From Macrostomum lignano (lineage: Eukaryota), in NCBI GenBank assembly GCA_002269645.1, contig NIVC01000262.1:1-64000 (forward strand): DNA of 64,000 bases, given 5' to 3'. Of this stretch, positions 10,701-21,600 are shown in pieces. The position numbers and the translations under genes were made by a program. Every line of letters starts with the position of its first letter. Positions within the stretch are counted from its first letter, which is position 1. Below the pieces are notes generated by a model. That model saw only the letters and a program-made list of their open reading frames with translations. It was not told where the DNA came from and made no database searches.

Positions 10701-13700
10701 CTGCTCCTCTGCCTTATATTCTAACTCGTTCTCAGTCTCTGTATCTCTGATTGAGTCAGGAGTATAAGTACAAATGCCATTAATTAATGCTATTAACAAT
10801 CGATCAATATTTCCATAGCTGTTTACTCACCGCCCAGTTCGCGAGATTTCCCCGAGATCCTGCTAATAATGAGTCCGTAAGCTGTGCTCAAGCAGCACAG
10901 TGGGCCAAGAAACAGACTGGCAATGTTAAACAGCATGTAGGCCAGCACCAGCTTGTCCATGTGAGCTGTCAGGTGGTCTGTGCTAGTGGGCTGCATATCC
11001 AGCGAGACGCATTGGTAGAAATCTTCTCTCCATGGGCCTCGGGCCAGTCCAAAGAAGAATAGCTGAAAAGTTAGACATGAGACACTTGTGTTAGACATGA
11101 GGCATTTATGTTAGACATGAAGCCACTTGTGTTAGACATGAGACACTCTGTTAGACATGAGGCCACTTGTGTTAGACATGAGGCACTCTGTTAGACATGA
11201 CGCCACTTGTGTTAGACATGAAGCATTCTGTTAGACATGAGGCCACTTGTGTTAGAAATGAGGCACTCTGTTAGACATAAGGCACTCTTTTAGGCATGAG
11301 GCACTCTGTTAGACATGAGGAACTCTGTTAGACATGAGGCCACTTATGTTAGACATGAAGCATTCTGTTAGACATGAAGCATTCTGTTAGACATGAGGCA
11401 CTTATGTTAGACATGAGACACTCTGTTAGACATGAGACACTTGTGTTAGACATGAGACACTTGTGTTAGACATGAGGCACTTGTGTTAGACATGAAGCCA
11501 CTTGTGTTAGACATGAGGCACTTGTGTTAGACATGAAGCCACTTGTGTTAGACATGAGGCACTTATGTTAGACATGAAGCCACTTGTGTTAGACATGAGG
11601 CACTTATGTTAGACATGAAGCCACTTGTGTTAGACATGAGGCACTTATGTTAGACATGAAGCCACTTGTGTTAGACATGAGGCACTTGTGTTAGACATGA
11701 GGCACTCTGTTAGACATGAGGCACTCTGTTAGACATGAGGCCACTTGTGTTAGACATGAGGCACTCTGTTAGACATGAGGCACTCTGTTAGACATCGAGG
11801 TGAACGCAGAGCCGTGTCAGGATGAACACAGACTTATGAAATGTACACAGTCCCGATGGGTAGTACGCAGCTGTGAAAAACGTCCTCAGCTCTAACACGC
11901 CGAGCCCATTCTCACCTGCGGCGCGGCCATCAAGCAGCTCAGCAGCCAGGCCGCAGTCAGCAGTCGCACCCGAACAGTCGGGCTGCTCCAGTTCCACGGC
12001 TTGACCACGGCCACCGCTCGGTCAATGCCGATGGCAACCGTCACGTAGGCGCTGGCGGTCAGCGACAGGCCTTGAAGGAATTTGAACAGCCGGCAAAGCA
12101 AGTCGCCGCCGTAAAACTGCACCGTGAGCATCCAAGCCACGTTGCCTAGGAAACAGAAAAACACAACTAGCAGGTCGGCCACAATCAGGTGCAGCATCAG
12201 CTGACTGCAGTGGGCATTTCGACGCTTGTCGGTGACGCGTCGGAGAGCGCGCAAGTTTGTCAGCAGGGCGAAGGTGAAAATGCAGAGCAGAATGCTGCTC
12301 TTGGCGATGCTCGTGCGGCCCAGTCCCGGGTACGGTGGCAGCGAAGCGTTGGCTGGCGCCTGCGGGTTGGGAGAGTGTACATGAGATGTACATCTGGCTG
12401 TGTTCTCATGAGGTGTACATCTGGCTGTGTTCTCAAGAGGTGTACATCTTTCTGTGTTCTCATGAGATGTACATCTGGCTGTGTTTACCTGAGATGTACA
12501 TCTGGCTGTGTTCTCATGAGATGTACATCTGGCTGTGTTTACCTGAGATGTACATCTGGCTGTGTTCTCATGAGATGTACATCTGGCTGTGTTCTCATGA
12601 GGTGTACATCTGGCTGTGTTCTCATGAGATGTACATCTGGCTGTGTTCTCATGAGGTGTACATCTGGCTGTGTTCTCATGAGATGTACATCTGGCTGTGT
12701 TCACCTGGGGTGTACATCTGGCTGTGTTCTCATGAGATGTACATCTGGCTGTGTTCTCATGAGGTGTACATCTGGCTGTGTTCTCATGAGGTGTACATCT
12801 GGCTGTGTTCTCAAGAGGTGTACATCTTTCTGTGTTCTCATGAGATGTACATCTGGCTGTGTTTACCTGAGATGTACATCTGGCTGTGTTCTCATGAGAT
12901 GTACATCTGGCTGTGTTCTCATGAGATGTACATCTGGCTGTGTTCTCATGAGGTGTACATCTGGCTGTGTTCTCTTGAGGTGTTCATCTGGCTGTGTTCT
13001 CATGAGATGTACATCTGGCTGTGTTCACCTGGGTTGTACATCTGGCTGTGTTCTCATGAGATGTACATCTGGCTGTGTTCCCATGAGATGTACATCTGGC
13101 TGTGTTCACATGAGATGTACACCTGGCTGTGTTCTCATGAGGTGTACATCTGGCTGTGTTCTCTTGAGGTGTTCATCTGGCTGTGTTCTCATGAGATGTA
13201 CATCTGGCTGTGTTCACCTGGGTTGTACATCTGGCTGTGTTCTCATGAGATGTACATCTGGCTGTGTTCCCATGAGATGTACATCTGGCTGTGTTCACAT
13301 GGGGTGTACATCTGGCTGTACTCTAGAGAATGATGTACCTATATATCCGTTACAGATACATCACGTAGGAGTTTGAAAACAAATGTGACAATGCAATACG
13401 GTGAATTCAACAAGGGGAAAGTGAGAAGAGGTGTGACAGAAAGATTTGGCGGGGAAAGTTGACAGGGGGATGCGATGAGGGAATGTGATAGAGGAATGGG
13501 ACAGGGATGTGACAGGAAGATGTGACAGGAAGATGTGACAGGAAGATGTGACAGGAAGATGTGACAGGAAGATGTGACAGGAAGATGTGACAGGAAGATG
13601 TTACAGGAAGATGTGACAGGAAGATGTGACAGGAAGATGTGACAGGAAGATGTGACAGGAAGATGTGACAGGAAGATGGGACAGGAAGATGTGACAGGGG

Positions 13701-15419
13701 GTGTGACAAGGGAATGCGACTGGTCAAGCATGCTGTACAGAGGAGTAAAAATGCAAACAGATGAAGGGCCTCAGTCAGCATTGTTATCCATGCACATCTG
13801 AGGCGCTCTTCCCCAATAGCTAATTGGAACTCAGAGCAAAAAAAAATCGAAATAATTGCGAAATTTTAGTTTCGCGTGAATACGACGATTTCGGATCCCA
13901 AGAGACTGTGAGAGGGGCAGATGGCCTGACTGATAATTGAGTGTTTGAGTCTCCCCTCCTGAGGAGCTAATCCCACCTCCCAAATTTTGCTCCAAATTCA
14001 ACTGGAGAGTTTTCTGAGGTTTTCTTAATTGATTTATCCTCTTTGCCTGGCTACAGGAATTTCATTCAATTAATTTGCCTGGTTCTGCCGCTGGCCACCG
14101 ACTCGCTGTCATCCCCTCTCATCTCCCTCCCTCTCTCATCCCCTCTCATCTCCCTCCCTCTCTCATCCCCTCTCATCTTCCTCCCTCTCTCATCCCCTCT
14201 CATCTCCCTCTCTCTCATACTCTCTCATCCTCTCCCTCTCTCATCCCCTCTCATCTCCCTCTCTCTCATCCTCTCACATCTCGCTCCCTCTCTCATCCCC
14301 TCTCATCTCCCTCCCTCTCTCATCCCCTCTCATCTCCCTCCCTCTCTCATCCCCTCTCATCTCCCTCCCTCTCTCATCCCCTCTCATCTCCCTCCCTCTC
14401 TCATCCCCTCTCATCTCCCTCCCTCTCTCATCCCCTCTCATCTCCCTCCCTCTCTCATCCCCTCTCATCTCCCTCCCTCTCTCATCCCCTCTCATCTCCC
14501 TCTCTCATCCCCTCTCATCTCCCTCTCTCATCCCCTCTCATCTCCCTCCCTCTCTCATCCCCTCTCATCTCCCTCTCTCATCCCCTCTCATCTCCCTCTC
14601 TCAACCCCTCTCATCTCCCTCCCTCTCATCCCCTCTCATCTCCCTCCCTCTCATCCCCTCTCATCTCCCTCCCTCTCATCCTCTCTCATCTCTCTCCCCT
14701 CTCATCTCCCTCCCTCTCATCCCCTCTCATCTCTCTCCCTCTTTCATCCCCTCTCATCCTCTCTCATCTCTCTCCCTCTCATCCGCTCTCATCTCCCTCC
14801 CTCTCATCCTCTCTCATCTCTCTCCCCTCTCATTTCCCTCCCTCTCATCCCCTCTCATCTCCCTCCCTCTCATCCTCTCTCATCTCTCTCCCTCTCATCC
14901 CCTCTCATCTCCCTCCCTCTCATCCTCTCTCATCTCTCTCCCCTCTCATTTCCCTCCCTCTCATCCCCTCTCATCTCCCTCCCTCTCATCCTCTCTCATC
15001 TCTCTCCCCTCTCATTTCCCTCCCTCTCATCCCCTCTCATCTCCCTCCCTCTCATCCTCTCTCATCTCTCTCCCCTCTCATTTCCCTCCCTCTCATCCCC
15101 TCTCATCTCTCTCCCTCTTTCATCCCCTCTCATCTCCCTCCCTCTCATCCCCTCTCATCTCTCTCCCTCTTTCATCCCCTCTCATCTCCCTCCCTCTCAT
15201 CCTCTCTAATCTCTCTCCCTCTCTCATCTTCTCTCATCTCCCTACCGGTCTCATCTCCTACCAGCTCCTAGCTCCTCTCATCTTCTCTCATCCCCTCTCG
15301 TCTCCCTAACTTTATAATCTCCCTCTCTCTGTCTCACCTCTCATCTCATCGAGACAAAAAACAGCAAGAGCTGGAACAAATCTTACCAAAGTAGTCAAGT
15401 CGAGTAATTGAGCTTGCAT
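7078..15419 (-). CDS. Class A peptide GPCR, GnRH/AKH/corazonin-receptor-like; complement(join(7078..7700,10831..11062,11916..12359,15387..15419)), 1332 nt, 443 aa
   Basis: TM2 HLIVADLLVVFF, ECL1 YGGDLLCRLFKF, TM3 IGIDRAVAVVKP, ECL2 FYQCVS, TM6 FLLLWLPYW, TM7 AVNPVIYG, N-glycosylation site NAS. All three junctions are GT-AG and phase-consistent (0,0,1). Confidence 0.9.
7725..7925. repeat. Imperfect tandem repeat (about 4 copies, CTCTCAGGGTGAGATTCTAG core) abutting the GPCR exon-4 acceptor
   Basis: Read directly from the sequence. Confidence 0.75.
8281..8360. repeat. 15-bp minisatellite ACAGGAGGGTGTTAC, about 5 copies
   Basis: Read directly from the sequence. Confidence 0.8.
8751..10711. repeat. 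CT-rich minisatellite with a 44-bp higher-order unit (15+15+14 bp)
   Basis: (CTCTCATCTCTGCCT)2 + CTCTCATCCATCCT repeats nearly perfectly to about 10150. Confidence 0.95.
10831..11062 (-). CDS. GPCR exon 3 (ECL2, TM5)
   Basis: Acceptor TCTAACTTTTCAG| at 11063; donor G|GTGAGT at 10830. Confidence 0.9.
11070..11795. repeat. 20/21-bp minisatellite GTTAGACATGAGGCACTTGT filling GPCR intron 2
   Basis: Read directly from the sequence. Confidence 0.95.
11916..12359 (-). CDS. GPCR exon 2 (TM1-TM4)
   Basis: Acceptor CTCTCCCAACCCGCAG| at 12360; donor CAG|GTGAGA at 11915. Confidence 0.9.
12378..13330. repeat. 27-bp minisatellite ATGAGATGTACATCTGGCTGTGTTCTC with internal palindrome AGATGTACATCT
   Basis: Read directly; explains ORFs 12189..13376 and 12335..13333. 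Confidence 0.95.
13428..13715. repeat. 13-bp minisatellite GTGACAGGAAGAT
   Basis: Read directly from the sequence. Confidence 0.9.
14105..15350. repeat. CT-rich degenerate minisatellite (CTCTCATCCC core)
   Basis: Read directly from the sequence. Confidence 0.95.
15387..15419 (-). CDS. GPCR exon 1 (MQAQLLDLTTL)
   Basis: ATG at 15419-15417; donor TTG|GTAAGA at 15386 in phase 0, matching exon 2; TATA and CCAAT boxes lie just upstream. Confidence 0.7.
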
Positions 15420-15509
15420 GACAGCTTTTTTGTCTTTTATATTCGTATTTGCCTTAGGATATCCTCTAGGGGAGATAGCCGTTGCAGCCGCTGTCCCCCA
15501 CGCAGGCCG

Positions 15510-15559
15510 TATTTATAAACTGCCGCGGCCTGGTCTCCCTCGTGGCACCCTCTGATTGG
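15510..15559 (-). promoter_or_regulatory. Candidate GPCR core promoter (TATA and CCAAT boxes)
   Basis: Minus-strand TATAAATA at 15517-15510 and CCAAT at 15559-15555, about 90-140 nt upstream of the ATG. Confidence 0.55.
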
Positions 15560-16484
15560 CTGCTTAAGACAGAGCAATTAGACTGATGCATCAAATGTTC
15601 TGAGCTTCAGAATAGAATTTTAGTATTTGGAAATAGAGACAGGGGCTTTTACAGCACCTCTGGGGATTAAGGTTCAGATGGGAATTTGGAAAATATTTTC
15701 TCTCGATCCTCTCCTAAATGGGAAAGTTAAGCATTATTTTTCTTGTGTTCTTAGAGTGCTCATTTCTTGTTCTTAGAGTGCTCAATTTATATGCTATTGG
15801 AGTGCTCAATTTATGTTCTTAGAGTGCTCACTTCATGCACCTTTAGAGACAGAGTGCTTTCTTCGTGTGTTCTTTTAACACTCTAGTCCAGGTGTTAAAG
15901 GTGTCAGGGGGTCCTTGAACAGCGTCATGTTTTCTAGAAAGTCACCTGACTAGATTAGCCCTCAGCAGCTCTACGCCCTCGAAAAAACGTGGGTGTAATA
16001 ATTACTGTTTACCTGCCTTAACATGATTAAAGATCAGATAGAATCGGATTTCAAAGTGAGTAAAATCAATTTCTTTTAATTTAAACAATTGCAGTCCGTG
16101 ATCAACACCGGAAATTTAGCCACCCCCTCACACAGACCATCTTTCTTTTGCGAAAATATCTATTTATATTCTTATTGACGTCATCCTTTTGCTTTGCTTT
16201 TTGCTTTTGCAATCGACAGAGTAAAAGCAAGAGATCTTTATTCCAGCAAGCTTTGAACAAGAAGTTCAACTAGCTAAGCAGGCACTCACAGCGGATGAGG
16301 GGCAATGGCTCGGTCATTTCGGAAATTAGTTTTCTGACTACCTCGTACTTCTTACACTAGTTTGGCTTCTTGAAAATCTGACGAGTAGAAGATAACATAG
16401 CAATTTTTCATTTTTTGTTTGAGCGCAATTAATTAAAAGCTAATTAGAAGTGAAACACAGTTTTATCCCGGCATGCACAGAAAA

Positions 16485-16810
16485 GCGATGATAAGAAATG
16501 GGGTGGTGGGCGATAGTTGGGGCTGGGAGTGAGGTGGGTGTCTGTTTGTGGGAAGGAGTCCAGAGCAAGGCCAATGATAAGAAATGGGGTGGTGGGTGCG
16601 ATAGCTTATGCTGGGAGTGAGGTGGGGGTCTTCCCGGTGGACAGGAGTGCACCGAAAGGCAATAATAAGAAATGGGTGGTGGGTGCGATAGCTTGAGCTG
16701 GGAGTGAGGTGGGGGTCTTCCCGGTGGACAGGAGTGCACCGAAAGGAAATGAGAAGAAATGGGGTGGTGAGAAATGATTAGATTGGAAGTGAGGTGGGTG
16801 TCTGTCTAAC
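16485..16810. repeat. Imperfect GT-rich tandem repeat of about 60-65 bp
   Basis: The block AAGAAATGGGGTGG...GATAGC...GGGAGTGAGGTGGG recurs 4-5 times. Confidence 0.75.
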
Positions 16811-17615
16811 GGGTGGAGGAAAGACAAAACTACTCGTAGTCTGCAAAACATCCTGAAGTGTTTAGGATTTTCTTGGAGGGTTCGGCTTCTACGAGTCTTG
16901 TATCTGCACTTCTCAGGCAACGTGAGTATAGTTGACCAAGGTCTCCATCCCCGTATTAGAAGCCTTTCTAGTAGCGCAGGTATAGTTACTGCCACCAGTC
17001 CCTTCGGGTCTCAGTCTTCGGTGAGGTGAGCTTCCCGTCGGAACGAAATTAATAAGACGAGCGAAATCAGCACTTGGTGCAGATGTACGATTGCGGACGA
17101 TCAGTCAGAAGATCCTGCCGGGCTCAAAAGTGAGTGGGAGCTGGGCAGTGTTAGCCTGGGGTCAGACTCAGAAGTCTGGGTTTGACGCGAGAACATAAGC
17201 GGGACAATGTCAGATTTGGAAACTTGGAGAATTTAGCAAACTGAATAATTAGAAACTGAAGCTGAACTCCTTGATGGAAATCACGTGAGATCTATTTTTA
17301 GCAACTGACGTCAGTGCCTTGCCTAGTAAAGCAAGAATTCCGAAGCACGTGAGCTCTGCCATAAGCACGCGCAAAATCAATGAAGTAAACATTTTTACTG
17401 TTCTTTTAGACTCCAAGAAACAAGGCTTGTCATGTGGCGCTGGCCAGATAATCGTTGTCACGCGCTGGGACCTGATTGAAAGTAGCTGATTAAAAGTTGC
17501 TGACAGTCCAATTTCTATTTTAAGGAGTCTCATGTTCCAACTGAAAATAAGAAGTCTTGGTCATGCTTTGGCCAAAGACAAATAGCTATATTTATGACGT
17601 TGAATATCAATTTAT

Positions 17616-18629
17616 ATGCTAACAAATGCCAAAACTCATCGGATGGTTAAAATTCGCAGTAAACTTCTGAGCACTGGGCAGTCAATCAGCAGCATGGCCA
17701 GCAACAGCAGCAACACCCACGCCTGTTCGTTCCGCACCGCCCTACAACAGGCGTGCAGCCTGGACGTGGACACCAGCCCAGCCAAGACCACGGGCACCGG
17801 CATCATGTGCACCATCGGCCCCGCCAGCTGGAGCGCCAAAGTCATCGCCGAGATGGTCCAAGCCGGCATGGACATTGCCCGGCTCAACCTGTGTCATGGC
17901 ACCTTAGAAGAGCATCGTCGAGCGTTGAAACTAATCGCCGAAGCCGAGGAGAAACTCCGCGACGATCCGGAGGTCTCCACTTGGCAGCACAAGCCGCTGG
18001 GCGTGGCGGTGGACACTCGCGGATCTGAGATTCGAACTGGCGCCCTACCGGAACATGGCAAGCTGACGGACACTGTGAATCTGGAGACTGACAGCCTCGT
18101 GACCATCGACTGCTCACCAACTGGAGCTGCACAGCCCATCACGTCAACTCGACTGTGGGTCGATTTTGACAACTTCGCCAAGATTGTACAGCCTGGCCAA
18201 GCTGTGTACATCGACGACGGACTGCTGGAGCTGCGTGTCGAGTCGCCGCGACCGGCTGACTCGGCCGTGGACTGCCTGGTGATCGTCGGAGGCCAGCTGG
18301 GCGCCGCCCGGTGCGTCTGCCTGCCCGGGGTGGACACCGGCATGCCTGAGGTCTCCCAGCGCGATCTCGACGATCTAGCGGCTCTGGCATCCGACTCGGG
18401 CGACGATTCTTTGGCGAGGATTGGCATCGTCATGGGTTCGTTTGTGCGCAGCGCCGAGACGGTGCGACGGCTGCGCCAAGCGGCCACGGCTGACGGTCGG
18501 CCACCGCCGCTTGTCGTCGCCAAAATTGGCGACGCCAGAGGCCTACAGGCGCTGGAGGAGATTCTAGTTGAAGCCGACGGCGTTTTGGTGGCACGCGGCG
18601 ACTTGGGGTGCGAGCTACCCCAAGAGAAG
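17616..18629 (+). CDS. PK: Pyruvate kinase exon 1
   Basis: Frame of ORF 17616..18722; donor AAG|GTTTGT at 18630. Confidence 0.9.
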
Positions 18630-21600
18630 GTTTGTTGCTGCCAATTCGCTGGTGAATGTGGTCCGATATCCAAGTTGACACCCGATCTCCACGATCGAAG
18701 TGTCGGGATACGTCTAGGTTGAGACTGGGGTGTCCAATTCAAGACTGGATGCTCAAGTTGAGTCAAGGGTTTCCACTTTAAAGGATAAGTCGTAAGACAG
18801 GGGTGTCCAGGTGTAGACAGGAGGGTCCAAATTAAGAAAAAGTGTCCAGGTTAGAACAGGAGTCTCCAGATTAAGACAGGAGTGTCCAGGTTAAGACAGG
18901 GTTATCCAGGTTAAGACAGGGATGTCCAGGTTAAGACAGGGATGTCCAGGCCGTTAGAACAGGAGTCTCCAGGTTAAGAAACGGGTGTCCAAAATAAGAC
19001 AGGGGTGTACAGGTTAAGACAGGAGGTTAAGACAGGGATGTCCAGGTTAAGACAGGGATGTCCAGGTTAAGACAGGAGCAGTTGTTTTTACCGTATTTAA
19101 TTAGCCATGCCGTGGGCTGATCCAAGTGGGCGGATAAAAGAAGTTAGATTGAAAAATAACAGACTGCCACAAAAGAAGCTTTGAAAGATGTCGGGGTTGA
19201 TTTCAAGTCTGCCTTCGCCACCTACTCATCCAAGCTGATGAGAAATATGAGCTAAACGCCTACAGTAATGCTGATGAGTTGCAAGCAATTAGTTTTTTTC
19301 ATTGTGCGGGCCCCTATGGAGTGAGATTTGGGATTTGAGATGATGAGAATTGAAATGATGGAGTTGAAGATGAGTGACATAAAGAGAGTGAAATTGATTA
19401 GATTGACATTGGTTACAGTGACATGAGAAGAGTGACATGAGAAGAGTGACATGAGAAGAGTGACATGAGAAGAGTGACATGAGAAGAGTGACATGAGAAG
19501 AGTGACATGAGAAAAGTGACACGAGAAGAGCGACATGAGAAGAGTGACATGAGAAAAGTGACACGAGAAGAGCGACATGAGAAGAGTGACATGAGAAGAG
19601 TGACATGAGAAGAGTGACATGAGAAGAGTGACATGAGAAGAGTGACATGAGAAGAGTGACATGAGAAGAGTGACATGAGAAGAGTGGCATGAGAAGAGTG
19701 ACATGAGAAGAGTGACATGAGAAGAGTGACATGAGAAGAGTGACATGAGAGAGTGACATGAGAGAGTGGCATGAGAAGAGTGACATGAGAAGAGTGATAT
19801 GAGAAGAGTGACATGAGAAGAGTGACATGAGAAGAGTGACATGAGAAGAGTGACATGAGGGAGTGACATGAGAAGAGTGACATGAGAAGAGTGACATGAG
19901 AAGAGTGACATGAGAAGAGTGACATGAAAAGAGTGACATGAGAAGAGTGACATGAGAAGAGTGACATGAGAAGAGTGACATGAGAGAGTGACATGAGAGA
20001 GTGGCATGAGAAGAGTGACATGAGAAGAGTGACATGAGAAGAGTGATATGAGAAGAGTGACATGAGAAGAGTGACATGAGAAGAGTGACATGAGAAGAGT
20101 GACATGAGAAGAGTGACATGAGGGAGTGACATGAGAAGAGTGACATGAGAAGAGTGGCATGAGAAGAGTGACATGAGAAGAGTGACATGAGAAGAGTGAC
20201 ATGAGAAGAGTGACATGAGAGAGTGACATGAGAAGAGTGACATGAGAAGAGTGACATGAGAAGAGTGGCATGAGAAGAGTGACATGAGAACAGTGACATG
20301 AGAAGAGTGGCATGATTAGAGTGATAAAAATGAGTGTAGCAGTGCTCGTGCTCCATCATTGCAATCGAGGCTACAGAGTACAAGGGAAAATGGCGTGACC
20401 GACTGACTCAGACACGGGCAGAAGAATCCCGACTGCGAGCTCCCACAGGAAACCGCCGAGTTTCCCCTCCAAGCGAGTGGCTGGTTCAGCTCAGAATAGA
20501 AATTGCTTTTTGAAAAGAACAGAAAAACGTGGCGTTACTTATGTCGAGTAACCTGCTCTGTGTTTAGGTTAGGCAATCATAAATATCTAATTTTGCGTTT
20601 CCATAAGGTACGTTCTTTTGCTAGACGTAATAACCGTCATATTCTATACGGCTATTTAAGAGGAACAGTTCTAAAGGAAACTAAAAAAGATCAAAGGTAA
20701 GAGCATCTTCAAACGTTTTTACAGGCAATTTTCGTTAGGTTTTAGACATTTTTTTTCGTGTGTGAGTCCGACTGCCCCAACTAGAAATGCTAGGACTCAA
20801 TACAAGCACTGCCTGAGGTTAAGGGAATCAAAGGCGGGGGTGTGAGATACGCTCTTCCTAGCCTCATCGGAGCCGTAGCTAGAGAGGGATGCAGGGGTGC
20901 CTCATCCTGCCTCCGAAATAGGCTGGACAAATTTGCGGTGCTCCCTACACAGCGCTAGGTTGGCGCCCCTTGGTGCTGGCGCCCCTTGGTGCTGGCGCCC
21001 CTTGGTGCTGGCGCCCCTTGGTGCTGGCGCCCCTTGGTGCTGGCGCCCCTTGGTGCTGGCGCCCCTTGGTGCTGGCGCCCCTTGGTGCTGGCGCCCCTTG
21101 GTGCTGGCGCCCCTTGGTGCTGGCGCCCCTTGGTGCTGGCGCCTCTTGGTGCTGGCGCCCCTTGGTGCTGGCGCCCCTTGGTGCTGGCGCCCCTTGGTGC
21201 TGGCGCCCCTTGGTGCTGGCGCCTCTTGGTGCTGGCGCCCCTTGGTGCTGGCGCCCCTTGGTGCTGGCGCCCCTTGGTGCTGGCGCCCCTTGGTGCTGGC
21301 GCCCCTTGGTGCTGGCGCCCCTTGGTGCTGGCGCCTCTTGGTGCTAAAGCCCCTTGGTGCTGGCGCCCCTTGGTGCTAAAGCCCCTTGGTGCTAAAGCCC
21401 CTTGGTGCTAAAGCCCCTTGGTGCTAAAGCCCCTTGGTGCTAAAGCCCCTTGGTGCTGGCGCCCCTTGGTGCTAAAGCCCCTTGGTGCTAAAGCCCCTTG
21501 GTGCTAAAGCCCCTTGGTGCTAAAGCCCCTTGGTGCTAAAGCCCCTTGGTGCTAAAGCCCCTTGGTGCTAAAGCCCCTTGGTGCTAAAGCCCCTTGGTGC

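Noticed and set aside
12189-13376. Long Cys-rich ORFs (395 and 332 aa) and the N-terminal part of ORF 11892..12704
   Set aside because: These are translations of the 27-bp intronic minisatellite; the real GPCR exon starts at the acceptor at 12360.
14043-15271. Ser/Leu/Pro-rich ORFs of about 390 aa
   Set aside because: Pyrimidine-only repeat that cannot form stop codons.
16240-17230. Coding-like fragments between the GPCR and PK promoters
   Set aside because: The frames I translated are broken by stops and match no family I recognise.
17894-18766. 290-aa antisense ORF over PK exon 1, and similar antisense ORFs over GPCR and PDS5 exons
   Set aside because: Expected shadow ORFs of GC-rich coding sequence.
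19252-21411. ORFs across the 14-bp and 16-bp arrays
   Set aside because: All three frames give the same periodic peptide, so they are repeat artefacts.
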